Shown here: piece after piece, positions 27,608-37,252 of the stretch
Position numbering within the stretch: position 1 is the first letter of the stretch
How the letters are laid out: every line of letters begins with the position of its first letter
Source: Acidobacteriota bacterium
GTDB taxonomy: Bacteria; Acidobacteriota; Polarisedimenticolia; J045
Reading direction: 5' to 3'
DNA length: 64,000 nt
NCBI GenBank assembly: GCA_017994815.1
Contig: JAGOJY010000004.1
Span: 76,466-140,465 of the forward strand
Notes under the pieces: generated by a model
Told to the model about the DNA's origin: nothing
Databases searched by the model: none
Seen by the model: only the letters and a program-made list of their open reading frames with translations
Position numbers and translations under genes: made by a program

Positions 27608-28863
27608 GCGGCCTCCTCGTCGCGCCCGGTCGGATCCGAGGTGGCCCGCGTCCGTCGCGCCAGCAGGACAAACGGCAGCGAGAGGAGCGCGACGCCCGCG
27701 CTCGCCAGGTACGACACCGGGTAGCCCCACGCGTCGGCCGACCTCCCGAGCAGCGGCTGGAGGACCACGCCGCCGGCCGAGCCGAGCAGGTTGTCGGACG
27801 ACAGCACGGTGGCCCGCTGCTCGGACGGGATCAACCCGTTGATGAACGCGAGCCGCACGGGCGTCACGGCCGCGAAGGCCGTGCCCCACGCGGCGAGGGC
27901 GACCAGCGCGACCGGGAACGTCGTCCCGACGCCGATCAGCGCCAGCGCCGCCGCGCTGAGCAGGGTGCCAACGAGCAGCAAGGTCGTGCGGCGATGGAAG
28001 GCGCGGCTGACGCGCGGCGCGGCGGCGCCGCCCAGCATCTGCGTGCCGGCGACGATCGCGGCAGCAAGCCCGGCGATCGCGTACGAGCCGCGCCCGCCGT
28101 ACAGCTCGAGCAGGTACGGCTGCAGCGCGTAGAAGACGTAGATCCCGACACCCGCGCTGAACGGGCTGGCGAGCATCAGCCAGCGCACCGGCGGGTTGCC
28201 GAGGCCGTGGTCCAGCGAGTCGCGCAGGATGCGGCGCATCTCCGCCCCGGGCGACGCGCCCGTGCGCGGCGCGAAGCCGACGTCGCGCATCCAGCGGAAG
28301 GCGATCACGAACGTCAGCGCCAGCATCAGCGCACGCACGAGGTAGGGCACGCCGAGGTTCGTGAGCTGGGCCACGAGGCCGCCCGCCACGGTGCCGGTCA
28401 GCATCGCGGCGCCGCTGGCGACCTGGCCCTTGGCGAAGGCGGATTCGAGGCTGCCGCTGTACCCGGCGGAGTTGAGCCCGTCCACCAGCCAGGCCTCGGT
28501 CGCGCCGGAGAAGAACGTGAAGCCGAGGCCGAGCAGCAACGAGGTCAGCGCCCAGGCCCAGAACGGGCCGTGGATGCGCCACAGGAGGAAGTACAGGAGC
28601 GTCGAGGCGAACAGCGTGGACGCGCCGAGCAGGTACGAGGCGCGCCGGCCGACGGTGTCGGCGACGACGCCCGTCGGGACCTCGAACAGCATCTCGCCCA
28701 GCGTGTAGAAGGCGTTGACCGAGAACGCCGCGGTGACGCCGAGGCCGGCGTCGAGCAGGAACAAGGTGTTGATGCCCCAGATGAACGACGACGCCAAGGT
28801 CGAGAGCACGGTCAGCAGGACGTACGTGCCGAGCACTCGCCTCGCCGTGACCGCCTCGTGCAT
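27604..28863 (-). CDS. MFS transporter
   Basis: 12-TM hydropathy pattern. Motif ADTVGRRASYLLG matches the MFS signature loop. Confidence 0.85.
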   Translation of the reverse strand: MHEAVTARRVLGTYVLLTVLSTLASSFIWGINTLFLLDAGLGVTAAFSVNAFYTLGEMLFEVPTGVVADTVGRRASYLLGASTLFASTLLYFLLWRIHGPFWAWALTSLLLGLGFTFFSGATEAWLVDGLNSAGYSGSLESAFAKGQVASGAAMLTGTVAGGLVAQLTNLGVPYLVRALMLALTFVIAFRWMRDVGFAPRTGASPGAEMRRILRDSLDHGLGNPPVRWLMLASPFSAGVGIYVFYALQPYLLELYGGRGSYAIAGLAAAIVAGTQMLGGAAAPRVSRAFHRRTTLLLVGTLLSAAALALIGVGTTFPVALVALAAWGTAFAAVTPVRLAFINGLIPSEQRATVLSSDNLLGSAGGVVLQPLLGRSADAWGYPVSYLASAGVALLSLPFVLLARRTRATSDPTGRDEEAA

Positions 28864-29062
28864 TCCGCGGGTGCCCCTCCCGGGCGCCGCGGCCGGACCC
28901 GGGCGGTCCCGGCGCGCGGTCCGACAAGCGCGACGTCAAGACGCTACACCGCGGGGCCGGTCCGGGCACGCCGCGGTCGCCCCGCACGACACGTTTCCCG
29001 GCTCGGGACGCTCCGGCACGCCGCGGCGTAAAATCGCGGCAGCGGCCCGTTACCCTCGACGC

Positions 29063-29650
29063 ATGACAGGAGCGATCCCGATGCCGGAACCCGGAGCGGA
29101 CGCCCCGCGCGGTCCCCTGACCTACGCGGACTATGCCGCCCTGCCCGACGACGGGCACCGCTACCAGCTCGTCGAGGGGGACCTGGTCGTGATGCCGTCG
29201 CCGAACCGCTGGCACCAGGCACTCGTCGGGAAGCTCTACGCGAGCCTGCTGCGGCACGTCGAGCAACGGGGTCTGGGGCAGGTGTTCGTGGCCCCGCTCG
29301 ACGTCGTCCTCGCGGAGCGGGTCGTCTTGCAGCCGGACGTCTTATTTGTCTCCAACGAGTGCGCGGCGATCGTCGGCGACGCGAACGTCACCGGCGCGCC
29401 GGACCTGTGCGTCGAGGTGCTGTCGCCCGGGACCGAGCGGCTCGACCGCACGCGGAAGTTGGACCTGTACGCGCGGCACGGGGTCTCCCACTGCTGGATC
29501 GTGGACGTCGCGGCGCGTTCGATCGAGGAGTACGTGCTGGCCGGCGACGTCTACCGCGTGAGGAGCGTCACGGGCAACGACGAGGTCCTCCGGCCTGCAG
29601 CGCTGGCGGGGTTCGAGTTCCGGCTGGCCGAGGTCGGCCTGCCCGGCTAG
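29063..29650 (+). CDS. Uma2-family (DUF820) PD-(D/E)XK endonuclease-like protein
   Basis: YQLVEGDLVVMPSPNRWHQALV...PDLCVEVLSPGTERLDRTRKLDLYARHGVSHCWIVD. Start taken from the track frame (MTGAIP). Confidence 0.75.
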   Translation: MTGAIPMPEPGADAPRGPLTYADYAALPDDGHRYQLVEGDLVVMPSPNRWHQALVGKLYASLLRHVEQRGLGQVFVAPLDVVLAERVVLQPDVLFVSNECAAIVGDANVTGAPDLCVEVLSPGTERLDRTRKLDLYARHGVSHCWIVDVAARSIEEYVLAGDVYRVRSVTGNDEVLRPAALAGFEFRLAEVGLPG

Positions 29651-29663
29651 GCGAGTTCGCGGC

Positions 29664-29939
29664 CTACTTGCGCACGACCCTCAGGAAGATGCGGTACTTG
29701 GAGTCGTTGAGGTCGTCGGGCAGGCGGTAGGCGTCGGGGACGAGCAGCACCAGCACCCGCGCGCCGGGTGGATCCACGTCGGGGGAAGTCGGGGCGCGAT
29801 CGGGACCGACGCGCTCCGAATCCCGCCGCCGGCGCGGCATCCGCACGTGGAGCAGCTTGGCCTCGATCGGCGCCGGCGAGGCCGCCTGACGATCGCCCGC
29901 CTGTCCGATGGCCGGGACCCGACCGATGATCACGTCCAT
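29664..29939 (-). CDS. Hypothetical small protein (91 aa)
   Basis: ORF only; convergent with the Uma2 gene. No recognisable family. Confidence 0.2.
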   Translation of the reverse strand: MDVIIGRVPAIGQAGDRQAASPAPIEAKLLHVRMPRRRRDSERVGPDRAPTSPDVDPPGARVLVLLVPDAYRLPDDLNDSKYRIFLRVVRK

Positions 29940-30045
29940 AACTGCCTCCGATCCTCGTTTCGGCCCGCCCCCGCGGAACCTGAAGGCCGGCCGGGCGGGT
30001 TCGGCCGGCCGCGGGCTCCCGCGGACGGAACTGGCCGGAAACGCC

Positions 30046-30072
30046 TAAGGACACGGGCCGAAAGGCCGATAC
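30046..30072 (+). promoter_or_regulatory. Sigma-28 (FliA)-type promoter upstream of motA: TAAGGACA-N11-GCCGATAC
   Basis: Match to TAAAGTTT-N11-GCCGATAA read ~45 nt upstream of the motA start. Confidence 0.4.
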
Positions 30073-30116
30073 GGATTCCGGCGGGCGCCGTGGACTGCGC
30101 CCTTGCGGGGACCCGG

Positions 30117-30884
30117 GTGGACCTTTCGACCGTATTCGGCCTGCTCGCCGGCGCGGCGCTGATCCTGTCCGCGATCGTGCTCGGGGGCCGGCCGTCGCTG
30201 TACCTCGACTTCCCGTCGTTCCTGATCGTCTTCGGCGGGACGCTGGGGGTGACGTTCATCAAGAACCCGCTGGACCGGGTGTTCAGCACGCTGTCGGTGG
30301 TGCGCAAGGCGTTCACCAACCGGCTGACGCAGCCCGAGGAGTTGGCCGAGCAGATCGTGCAGCTCTCGCGCAAGGCGCGGCGCGAGAGCCTCCTGGCGCT
30401 GAACAAGGTCCCGATCGGGGACCCGTTCCTCGCGCGCTCGGTGAAGCTGGCGGTGGACGGGATGGAGCCGGCCGAGATCAAGACGCTGCTGGAGGCCGAG
30501 ATCCAGACGCTGGCCCAGCGGCACAAGCAGGGACAGGAGCTTCTGGAGGGGATGGCGGCCTCGGCGCCGGCCCTCGGGATGATCGGCACGCTGATCGGGC
30601 TGGTGCAGATGCTGGCCAACATGAACGAGCCGCACAGCATCGGGCCGGCGATGGCGGTGGCGCTCTTGACGACGCTGTACGGCGCGCTTCTCGCGTACCT
30701 CGTCTGCCTACCGCTGGCCGAGAAGCTCCGCAACCGCAGCCGCCAGGAAGTCAACGCCCGGATGATGGTGCTGCAGGGGATCGTCGCGATCGCGCACGGC
30801 GAGCACCCGATGTCGATCGGCGAGAAGCTGGCGCCGTACGTCGAGCCGCGCGCGCGGCGCGAATCGCGGCGGGACGTGGCGTGA
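30117..30884 (+). CDS. motA: Flagellar stator protein MotA
   Basis: GTG start VDLSTVFGLLAGAALIL. Four TM helices and C-terminal plug region; MotA/TolQ/ExbB family. Confidence 0.85.
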   Translation: MDLSTVFGLLAGAALILSAIVLGGRPSLYLDFPSFLIVFGGTLGVTFIKNPLDRVFSTLSVVRKAFTNRLTQPEELAEQIVQLSRKARRESLLALNKVPIGDPFLARSVKLAVDGMEPAEIKTLLEAEIQTLAQRHKQGQELLEGMAASAPALGMIGTLIGLVQMLANMNEPHSIGPAMAVALLTTLYGALLAYLVCLPLAEKLRNRSRQEVNARMMVLQGIVAIAHGEHPMSIGEKLAPYVEPRARRESRRDVA

Positions 30885-30894
30885 GGCGAGCCTG

Positions 30895-31569
30895 ATGGAC
30901 CTGCCGCAGGACGAGCCGCGCAACACGGCGCCGGTGTGGGCGATCACGTTCGCCGACATGATGACGCTGTTGTTGTGCTTCTTCGTGCTGGTCCTGGCGT
31001 TCAGCGCGCTGGAGATCGACCGCTTCAAGGTGCTGGCGCGCTCGATGCGCGACGCCTTCGGCGGGCCGACGCAGGTTGCCGCCGAGGGACCGGTCGGGGC
31101 GCTGGAGTACCCGGATTACACGCGGGCGCGGCTGCTCGAGCACGTCGAGTTGCTGCGCCGCCGGCTGCCCGACCCGTCCCTGGTCCAGGCCAGCCTGGAG
31201 GACGACGGGGTGCGGGTCCGGCTGAGCGAGAAGTTCGCGTTCGCCCGGGGCAGCGCCGTGCTGGAACCCGACGTGCACGCGATGCTCGACGGGCTGGCGC
31301 GGCTGATCGCCGACTCGGGCAAGGAGGCGGTGGTCGAGGGACACACGGACAGCCTGCCGATCGGCTCGGCGACGTTCCCCAGCAACTGGGAACTGTCGGC
31401 GGCCCGCGCGGGGGCGGTGGTGCGGTACCTGGTCGCGCACGGCGTGCCGGGCAACCGCATCGAGGCGGTCGGGCGCGCGGACACGCGGCCGCTCGCGGAC
31501 AACCGAACCGAGGACGGCATGCGGCGCAACCGGCGGGTGGAGATCCTGATCCGCACGGCGGCGAGCTGA
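30895..31569 (+). CDS. motB: Flagellar stator protein MotB (OmpA-like C-terminal domain)
   Basis: N-terminal TM with conserved Asp (FADMMTLLL). C-terminal OmpA motif NRRVEIL. Confidence 0.85.
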   Translation: MDLPQDEPRNTAPVWAITFADMMTLLLCFFVLVLAFSALEIDRFKVLARSMRDAFGGPTQVAAEGPVGALEYPDYTRARLLEHVELLRRRLPDPSLVQASLEDDGVRVRLSEKFAFARGSAVLEPDVHAMLDGLARLIADSGKEAVVEGHTDSLPIGSATFPSNWELSAARAGAVVRYLVAHGVPGNRIEAVGRADTRPLADNRTEDGMRRNRRVEILIRTAAS

Positions 31570-31603
31570 CCGGGATTGCCGATACGAACTGGAGGTCGGG
31601 GCG

Positions 31604-32086
31604 ATGGCGGAAGAAGCTGAACCCAAGGCGAAGGGTGGCAAGAAGAAGCTGCTGTTCATCCTGCTCGGCGCGGTGGTGCTGGTGCTGGCCGTGGCGGGCG
31701 TGCTGACGACCCTGCTGATGGGCGGGGGCAAGAAGGCGGAGGCCAGCGCGGAGGCCGCGGTGGCCGCGCCGGCGCCGGATGCAGTCGTGACGCTGGAACC
31801 GTTCGTGGTCAACCTCGCCGACCCGCGCGGCGACCGCTTTCTCAAGGCGACGCTGCGGGCCGTGGTGTCGGACCCGGCGCTGGCCGCGCAGATGCAGCAC
31901 GACGTGCTGCTGGTCTCGCGGATCCGCGACCGCGTGATTTCGGTCCTGACCAGCAAGACCTACGAGGACATCGGCCACAACGAGGGCAAGGAAGCGCTGC
32001 GGGAGGAGCTGGCGCGCGAGATCAACCAGATGCTCCCCAACGACGCGGTGCGCGAGATCCTCCTCGTCGACTTCATCGTGCAGTAG
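31604..32086 (+). CDS. fliL: Flagellar basal-body-associated protein FliL
   Basis: Lys-rich N-terminus, single TM, FliL C-terminal domain (VVNLADPRGDRFLK...). Confidence 0.8.
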   Translation: MAEEAEPKAKGGKKKLLFILLGAVVLVLAVAGVLTTLLMGGGKKAEASAEAAVAAPAPDAVVTLEPFVVNLADPRGDRFLKATLRAVVSDPALAAQMQHDVLLVSRIRDRVISVLTSKTYEDIGHNEGKEALREELAREINQMLPNDAVREILLVDFIVQ

Positions 32087-32181
32087 TGGTGGGGGGGGAC
32101 AGTCGAGTCCGACAGCAGCGAACGGGTCGGGCTCGATGTCCCCTCACCGGCCCGGCTGCTGCGGCCCGCCTGCGGCGGCCG

Positions 32182-33006
32182 CTACATGCCGCGCAGGACG
32201 CTGAGGCCGTCGGCGATGCTGCGCCGCACGTCCAGCGAGAGTTCGTCGAGCTTCTCGGCCTTGTAGCCGAGGCGGGCCGCCGCGGGAATGGGATCCTCGC
32301 TGGCGTTCTCGAACAGCCGGTCGGTGAGCACCACCGGCGCGAGCCGCACGGCGTGCGGGCTCGCCTCCAGGTCCGTACCGTGGTGCGCACCGGCGGTCTC
32401 GGCCAGGAGCGGCCCGAGGTTCCACTGCTCGAGCAGCATCCGCCCGATCTGCTGGTGATCGATGCCGATCCGCTGGCGCTCGGGGCCGGGCAGCGGGAGC
32501 GCGCCACCGCTCTGCAGCATCAGGTCCACGTAGTCGTCGGTCTTCTGGCCGAGCAGGACCAGCCGCCCGCAGTCGTGCAGCAGCCCGCAGATGAACGCCT
32601 CCTCGTACCAGTCCTCGCCGCGCTTCTCGACCAGGTAGCGCGCGCCGAGCGCGGTGACGATCGCGTGCTCCCAGATCAGCCAGCGCTGCTCGGTGGCTTC
32701 GGGCGGGATGGCGTCGCGCAGGCGCGAGGCAACGCTGGTGAAGATCAAGGAGCGCAGGCGCAGGAAGCCGATCAGGATGATCGCCTGCTTGAGCGTCGTG
32801 ACCGGCTTGAGCAGGGTGAACAGCGCCGAGTTGGCCAGCCGCAGCACGGTCGCGGTGAGCGCGGGATCGCACTCGATGACGGCCCGCAGCTGGTCGGCGG
32901 TCGTGTCCGGGTCCTGCAGCAGGAGCAGGGCCTGTCCCGCGACGCTCGGCATCGGCGGCAGCTCGGCGGCCCACACGCCCGGGGCGAGTTCGGCGTTCGG
33001 GCTCAT
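32182..33006 (-). CDS. HDOD-domain signalling protein
   Basis: HDOD motifs LAETAGAHHG and CGLLHDCGRLVLL. Confidence 0.8.
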   Translation of the reverse strand: MSPNAELAPGVWAAELPPMPSVAGQALLLLQDPDTTADQLRAVIECDPALTATVLRLANSALFTLLKPVTTLKQAIILIGFLRLRSLIFTSVASRLRDAIPPEATEQRWLIWEHAIVTALGARYLVEKRGEDWYEEAFICGLLHDCGRLVLLGQKTDDYVDLMLQSGGALPLPGPERQRIGIDHQQIGRMLLEQWNLGPLLAETAGAHHGTDLEASPHAVRLAPVVLTDRLFENASEDPIPAAARLGYKAEKLDELSLDVRRSIADGLSVLRGM

Positions 33007-33260
33007 GGGTTGTCGTTCCCTTCCGGCGGCTCCGGCTTGCGCAGCGTGGAGACGATCGCGTCGAGCGAGCCGCGGTCCGTGCGCGCCGCCTCGCGGTTCG
33101 CCGCCACGACCGCGCGGTGCAGCTCCTCGCGCACCACGGGCACGTCGTCGGGCGCTTCGAGGCCCAGGCGCACCTGTTGCCCGCGGATGTCGATCACCTT
33201 GACGCGGATGTCCTTGCCGATGATCAAGGACTGGCCGATCTTGCGGGTCAGAACGAGCAC
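33003..33260 (-). CDS. csrA: Carbon storage regulator CsrA
   Basis: MLVLTRKIGQSLIIGKDIRVKVIDIRGQQVRLGLEAPDDVPVVREEL. Confidence 0.9.
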   Translation of the reverse strand: MLVLTRKIGQSLIIGKDIRVKVIDIRGQQVRLGLEAPDDVPVVREELHRAVVAANREAARTDRGSLDAIVSTLRKPEPPEGNDNP

Positions 33261-33288
33261 GGGACCTCCCTGTCCCTGCGGCGAGTCG

Positions 33289-33726
33289 TCACTCGCCGCC
33301 GTCGGCAGCCAGCGGGTGTTGCAGCGGCCAGTCGGTGTCCTCGAGGATCACCTGCCAGCCGCGCATCGTCTCGGGGTTGAGCACCAGCGGCGCGCGCAGG
33401 TTGGCGCTGGCGCCGTTCCGGCGCAGCGTGACGATGACCAGGAGCACCGAGGACTTGCCGCCGCCGAGCCCCATTCGCGCGAGCATGCCGAGCGGAATGC
33501 GCGGGTCGTACCCGCGCTTCGCGAGCTGCGCGGGCAGCACCAGCAAGGACAGCGCGGCGGGCTCGATCGCGCGCAGCCACAGGAACGGCTGCGCCTGGTC
33601 GCTGGCGACCAGCTCCCACTCGCGCACGTCCTCGAAGCCCGGCAGCCCCTCGGGGAACAGGATCGTGCTGCGCCCCGTTTCGCTGCTCAGGACCTCGCAC
33701 GGACGCGTTGCCACGGCTTCGGTCAC
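33289..33726 (-). CDS. fliW: Flagellar assembly factor FliW
   Basis: ILFPEGLPGFEDVREWEL...QPFLWL matches the FliW family. Confidence 0.85.
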   Translation of the reverse strand: MTEAVATRPCEVLSSETGRSTILFPEGLPGFEDVREWELVASDQAQPFLWLRAIEPAALSLLVLPAQLAKRGYDPRIPLGMLARMGLGGGKSSVLLVIVTLRRNGASANLRAPLVLNPETMRGWQVILEDTDWPLQHPLAADGGE

Positions 33727-33730
33727 GGCG

Positions 33731-34606
33731 TCACCCGAGATAGTCGAAGAAGGTCGGCCCGAACAGCCTGGCGCCGGCCGCGAGGGTCGCGTTGTAGCCG
33801 GTCTCGAACTTCTGCACGTCGGAAATCGCTTGCGCCAGGTCGGCCGCGCCGAGGGCGTTGGCCCTTTCCGCCACCTCGAGCTGGCGGTCGCCGATCCGCA
33901 CGTCGGCGTCGTCGAGCATCTTGAGCCGCGTGCCGACGCGCGCGAGCAGCGCGGCGTTGGCCGAAATCGCGTCGTCGAGCGGTTCGAGGAGGTTCTGCAC
34001 CGTGTCGGTGTCGTTGGTGCGCAGCGCCGCCTCCAAATCGTCGAGGATCGCCAAGGCGCCGCTGCTGCCGGTGCCGAAGACCTGGTCGCCGGCCAGGTTG
34101 AGCGACACGCTGACGTCGTCCAGCGGGATCTCGATCTCGCGCGAGTTGCCCTGGTAGTTGCCGGAGGCGTCGAACGGCTGCATCTCGGTCAGCGTGCCGG
34201 AGAAGATGTAGCGCCCGGCCAGCTTCAGGTTGGCGATTCCCTCCACCTGCTCGCGCAGGCCGTGGATCTGCTCGGCCAGCGCGATCTTCTCTTCCGGCTG
34301 CAGGATGTCCGACGCGCCCTGCATGGCGTACGTGCTGGCGCTGGCGAGGATGTTCCCCAGCTCCGTCAGGCCGCGCTCCGTCAGCTGCAGCCACGGCCGC
34401 GCCTGCGAGATCCCGCGCTGGCGCATCGTCAGCTTCTGCGACTCGTCGGCCAGCCGCAGCAGCTCGCCCGCGACCTGCGGGTCGTCCGAGGCGTAGCGCA
34501 CGCGCACGCCGGTCGACATGCGCTCCAGCGCGTCGTCGAGGTCCAGCCGCGCCTTGTGCAGCTGGCGGAGGAACATGTCCTGGTCGAACGAGACGCCGAT
34601 CTTCAT
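33731..34606 (-). CDS. flgL: Flagellar hook-associated protein FlgL
   Basis: Flagellin-like N- and C-terminal helices. Position after flgK. Confidence 0.8.
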   Translation of the reverse strand: MKIGVSFDQDMFLRQLHKARLDLDDALERMSTGVRVRYASDDPQVAGELLRLADESQKLTMRQRGISQARPWLQLTERGLTELGNILASASTYAMQGASDILQPEEKIALAEQIHGLREQVEGIANLKLAGRYIFSGTLTEMQPFDASGNYQGNSREIEIPLDDVSVSLNLAGDQVFGTGSSGALAILDDLEAALRTNDTDTVQNLLEPLDDAISANAALLARVGTRLKMLDDADVRIGDRQLEVAERANALGAADLAQAISDVQKFETGYNATLAAGARLFGPTFFDYLG

Positions 34607-34613
34607 GGGCCGC

Positions 34614-36017
34614 TCACTCGGTCAACAGCGTCAGCGCGGTTTCCGTCACGCGGTTCACGACCTGCATGAACCGCGCCGCCGCGTCGAACGACTGCTGCCA
34701 CTTGATCAGTTCGGCCGCCTCCTCGTCGAGGCTGACCGCCGACCGCGCGTTGCGCATCTGGTCCAGGCTGTCGAGGATCACCTGGCTGGCTTGCACCGCG
34801 GCGCCGCCCTCGGCCGAGTCGCGCCCGACCTGGGCCACGATGTCCGCGGCGTAGTCGCCGAAGCTGCGCGTGCCGAGCGAGGCGATCGGCTGCTCGCGCA
34901 GCGCCAGAAGCGCCAGCACGTTGGTGTTGTTGAACGGCTCGCCCGCGACTCCGGAGGCCGCGATGCGGCGCGCGTCGGCGGCGACCACCGCGTTGACGTG
35001 GATCGCCGCGGCGGCGTTGTCGCCGGGCGGATCGGGCTCGAACAGGTTCAGCCCGCCGTTGCCGTCGAGGTCGAAGCCGGCGGCGTGGACCTGGTTGAAC
35101 TGCTCGATCACGGCCGAGGCCAGCACGTTCAGCCGGTCGCGGTAGCCGGCCAGGTCGGTGTCACGCACCTGGAGGTAGCCGCCCAGCTCCCCGCCGCGCA
35201 GCGAGCTGGTCAGGTCGACGCTCTCGCCGCCGCGGCTGACGTAGATCCGCACGAGGCCGTCGCTGTCGTTGCGCAGCTCCAGCGGCCGCGCCGACAGGCG
35301 GACCAGCAGCGGGTCGCCCGGCCCGTCGAGGAACACGCTGACCGCGCCGTCGTCCTCCTCCACGGCGCGGATCGCGACCAGCCCGCTCAGCTCGTCCAGC
35401 AGACGGTCGCGCTCGTCGCGCAGATCCGAGGCCTCGGCGCCGCCCGATTCCTGGCTGACGATCTCGCTGTTGAGCTTGGCGAGCTGCCGCACGATCTCGT
35501 TGACGCGCTCGGCCCGCGAGCCGATGCGCTCGTTGGCCGTGCGCCGCGACTCGACGACGTAGGCGTCGGCGCGCTGCAGGCCGCTGGCCAGCCGCTGCGC
35601 CGCGGCGATGACGTCCTCGCGCAGCGCGATGCTGTCGGGTTGCACCGCGACCTGCTCGAACGCGTCGAACAGGCCGGTCAGCGCCTCCTGCAGCGTGGAG
35701 TTCTCGATCTCGCCCAGCGTCGGCTCGAAGGCCGACAGGACCTCGGTGCGGGTGCTGTCCGAGCCGTAGCGGCTCATCTCGCGGCGCACCGAGAAGTCGA
35801 GGAACGGGTCGCGCACGCGGTGCATCGACACGACGTCCACGCCGATGCCGGCCAGCCCGCCGGTCAGGTTCACGATCGGCAGCATCCCCAGCTCGATGCG
35901 GCGGCGCGAGAAGCCGGGCGTCTGCGAGTTCGCGACGTTGTAGCCGGCCAGGTCCATGCCGAGCCGGAACGCGCGCATCGCCGAGCGACCGATGGCGAAG
36001 TGCGAGAAGGTGGTCAC
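34614..36017 (-). CDS. flgK: Flagellar hook-associated protein FlgK
   Basis: N-terminal rod/hook motif GLDLAGYNVANSQTPGFSRR. C-terminal FlgK domain. Confidence 0.85.
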   Translation of the reverse strand: MTTFSHFAIGRSAMRAFRLGMDLAGYNVANSQTPGFSRRRIELGMLPIVNLTGGLAGIGVDVVSMHRVRDPFLDFSVRREMSRYGSDSTRTEVLSAFEPTLGEIENSTLQEALTGLFDAFEQVAVQPDSIALREDVIAAAQRLASGLQRADAYVVESRRTANERIGSRAERVNEIVRQLAKLNSEIVSQESGGAEASDLRDERDRLLDELSGLVAIRAVEEDDGAVSVFLDGPGDPLLVRLSARPLELRNDSDGLVRIYVSRGGESVDLTSSLRGGELGGYLQVRDTDLAGYRDRLNVLASAVIEQFNQVHAAGFDLDGNGGLNLFEPDPPGDNAAAAIHVNAVVAADARRIAASGVAGEPFNNTNVLALLALREQPIASLGTRSFGDYAADIVAQVGRDSAEGGAAVQASQVILDSLDQMRNARSAVSLDEEAAELIKWQQSFDAAARFMQVVNRVTETALTLLTE

Positions 36018-36019
36018 GC

Positions 36020-36469
36020 TCAGCCCTCCGCCGACAGCGCGCCGCCCGCGGGCGCGGCCGAGGCCGGCCGCCCGTCGGGCAGGTACGCCGTGCCGAACGC
36101 CGACGACACCGCCGCGTCGCGGGTCTGGAAGGTGTCGCCCAGCCGCTCGAGCACGGTGCCGGCGACGGCGGCTTCGCGCAGCAGCACCGCCAGCGCCCGC
36201 GCGGCCGCGCCGCGCGCGTTCTCGAGATCCGGACGGTCCTGCGCGGCTCCCGCGGATTCCAGCCGCCCGCGCTCGTCCTCCAAGAGCGCGAAGCGCGTGG
36301 CCAGCGTCGTGGCCTCGCGGCAGAGCTGCTCGAGGCGCTCGCGGTCGGCCGCGAGCAGCGCGCGGCGCTGCTCGGCGACGAGCCCGGTCAGCTCGCCGAA
36401 CAGGCGGGCCTGCGCCTCGAGCACACCGCCGAGGGCCGCCGCCGCGTCGCGGCGGGACTCAGTCGCCAC
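36020..36469 (-). CDS. flgN: FlgN-like flagellar chaperone
   Basis: Small helical protein between flgM and flgK. Weak family signal. Confidence 0.55.
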   Translation of the reverse strand: MATESRRDAAAALGGVLEAQARLFGELTGLVAEQRRALLAADRERLEQLCREATTLATRFALLEDERGRLESAGAAQDRPDLENARGAAARALAVLLREAAVAGTVLERLGDTFQTRDAAVSSAFGTAYLPDGRPASAAPAGGALSAEG

Positions 36470-36779
36470 CTTCGCTCTCGCGCATCAGGGCGTCGGCGAT
36501 CCGGGTGCCGTCCACCGCGTAGCGCCCGCTCGCGATCTCGGCGCGCATGCGCTCGACCAGCTCCTCGCGGACCTCCGGCGAGTCGAGCATCGCGCTGCGC
36601 AGGCGGGCCAGCTCGCGGGCGCCCGCCGACAGTTCGATGCCGTCGCGCTCGGGCGCCATCGCGCGAGCGCCGCGGCGGCCGTCGGCGCGGTCCGTCCGCT
36701 CGGCCGCCCGCTCGGTCTCGTCGAGTTGCGCGAGCATGTCGCGCAGGCGGCTCAGCGGATCGGAAGGGTTGATCTTCAT
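36459..36779 (-). CDS. flgM: Anti-sigma-28 factor FlgM
   Basis: MKINPSDPLSRLRD... with a C-terminal helical region typical of FlgM. Confidence 0.7.
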   Translation of the reverse strand: MKINPSDPLSRLRDMLAQLDETERAAERTDRADGRRGARAMAPERDGIELSAGARELARLRSAMLDSPEVREELVERMRAEIASGRYAVDGTRIADALMRESEGGD

Positions 36780-37252
36780 CGCTCATCCTCCGGCAGGCCG
36801 TCCCCGGGCAGAACGGGTGCGGACAACTGCCCAAGCGTCTTTTCGGCAACGTCGAGGCGAACTTGAGCCCCGCTTCGCATATTTCCGAACGAGCGCGGCG
36901 GGGAGCCGAGATCTGCGGACGGTTTTGACGCCCCGCTTGCGCCGGGGCTAGCTGCTGGCCCCGAAGGAGTTAGCTGGTCCGCGATCTTCGCCGCGAGCCC
37001 GAGCGGCTCGCGCTCGGCGATCGCCTCCGTCAGGTAGACCTCGAACAAGGTCGAACGAGGTCCGGCCTCGCCGGAACCGCCGAAGAAGCTGCCCTCCTCC
37101 AGCTGGGCCCGCTGCATCGCCTTGAACATCTCGCGCAGCAGGGCCGCCTCGAGCCCGCGCGCCGCCTTCTGGATCGCCGCGCGCTGGTCGGTGTCCGCCG
37201 CCGTCCCCGGCTCCCCGACCCCGACCCCCGCCCCCGTGCGCGCGATCTCCAT
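36776..37252 (-). CDS. Rod-binding protein (FlgJ N-terminal domain-like)
   Basis: IQKAARGLEAALLREMFKAMQRAQ matches the FlgJ rod-binding domain. Start MEIARTG overlaps the flgI stop. Confidence 0.7.
   Translation of the reverse strand: MEIARTGAGVGVGEPGTAADTDQRAAIQKAARGLEAALLREMFKAMQRAQLEEGSFFGGSGEAGPRSTLFEVYLTEAIAEREPLGLAAKIADQLTPSGPAASPGASGASKPSADLGSPPRSFGNMRSGAQVRLDVAEKTLGQLSAPVLPGDGLPEDER
36840..36866 (-). promoter_or_regulatory. Sigma-28-type promoter for flgM operon: TCAAGTTC-N11-GCCGAAAA (minus strand)
   Basis: Read on the minus strand ~55 nt upstream of the flgM start. Resembles the element upstream of the CheX-REC gene. Confidence 0.45.

Noticed and set aside
27068-29266. 732-aa Arg-rich minus-strand ORF spanning the MFS transporter region
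   Set aside because: It overlaps the well-supported MFS CDS on the same strand in another frame and has Arg/Ala/Pro-biased composition typical of spurious high-GC ORFs. Only its last 179 codons (zf-PARP protein) were kept.
36859-36870. 12-mer cgaacttgagcc shared with 57229-57240 as a possible novel motif
   Set aside because: At 36859 it is the -35 half (TCAAGTTC, minus strand) of the flgM sigma-28 promoter. At 57229 it follows the -10 of a plus-strand promoter and has no matching -10 on the minus strand. Likely coincidental reuse of the -35 sequence.
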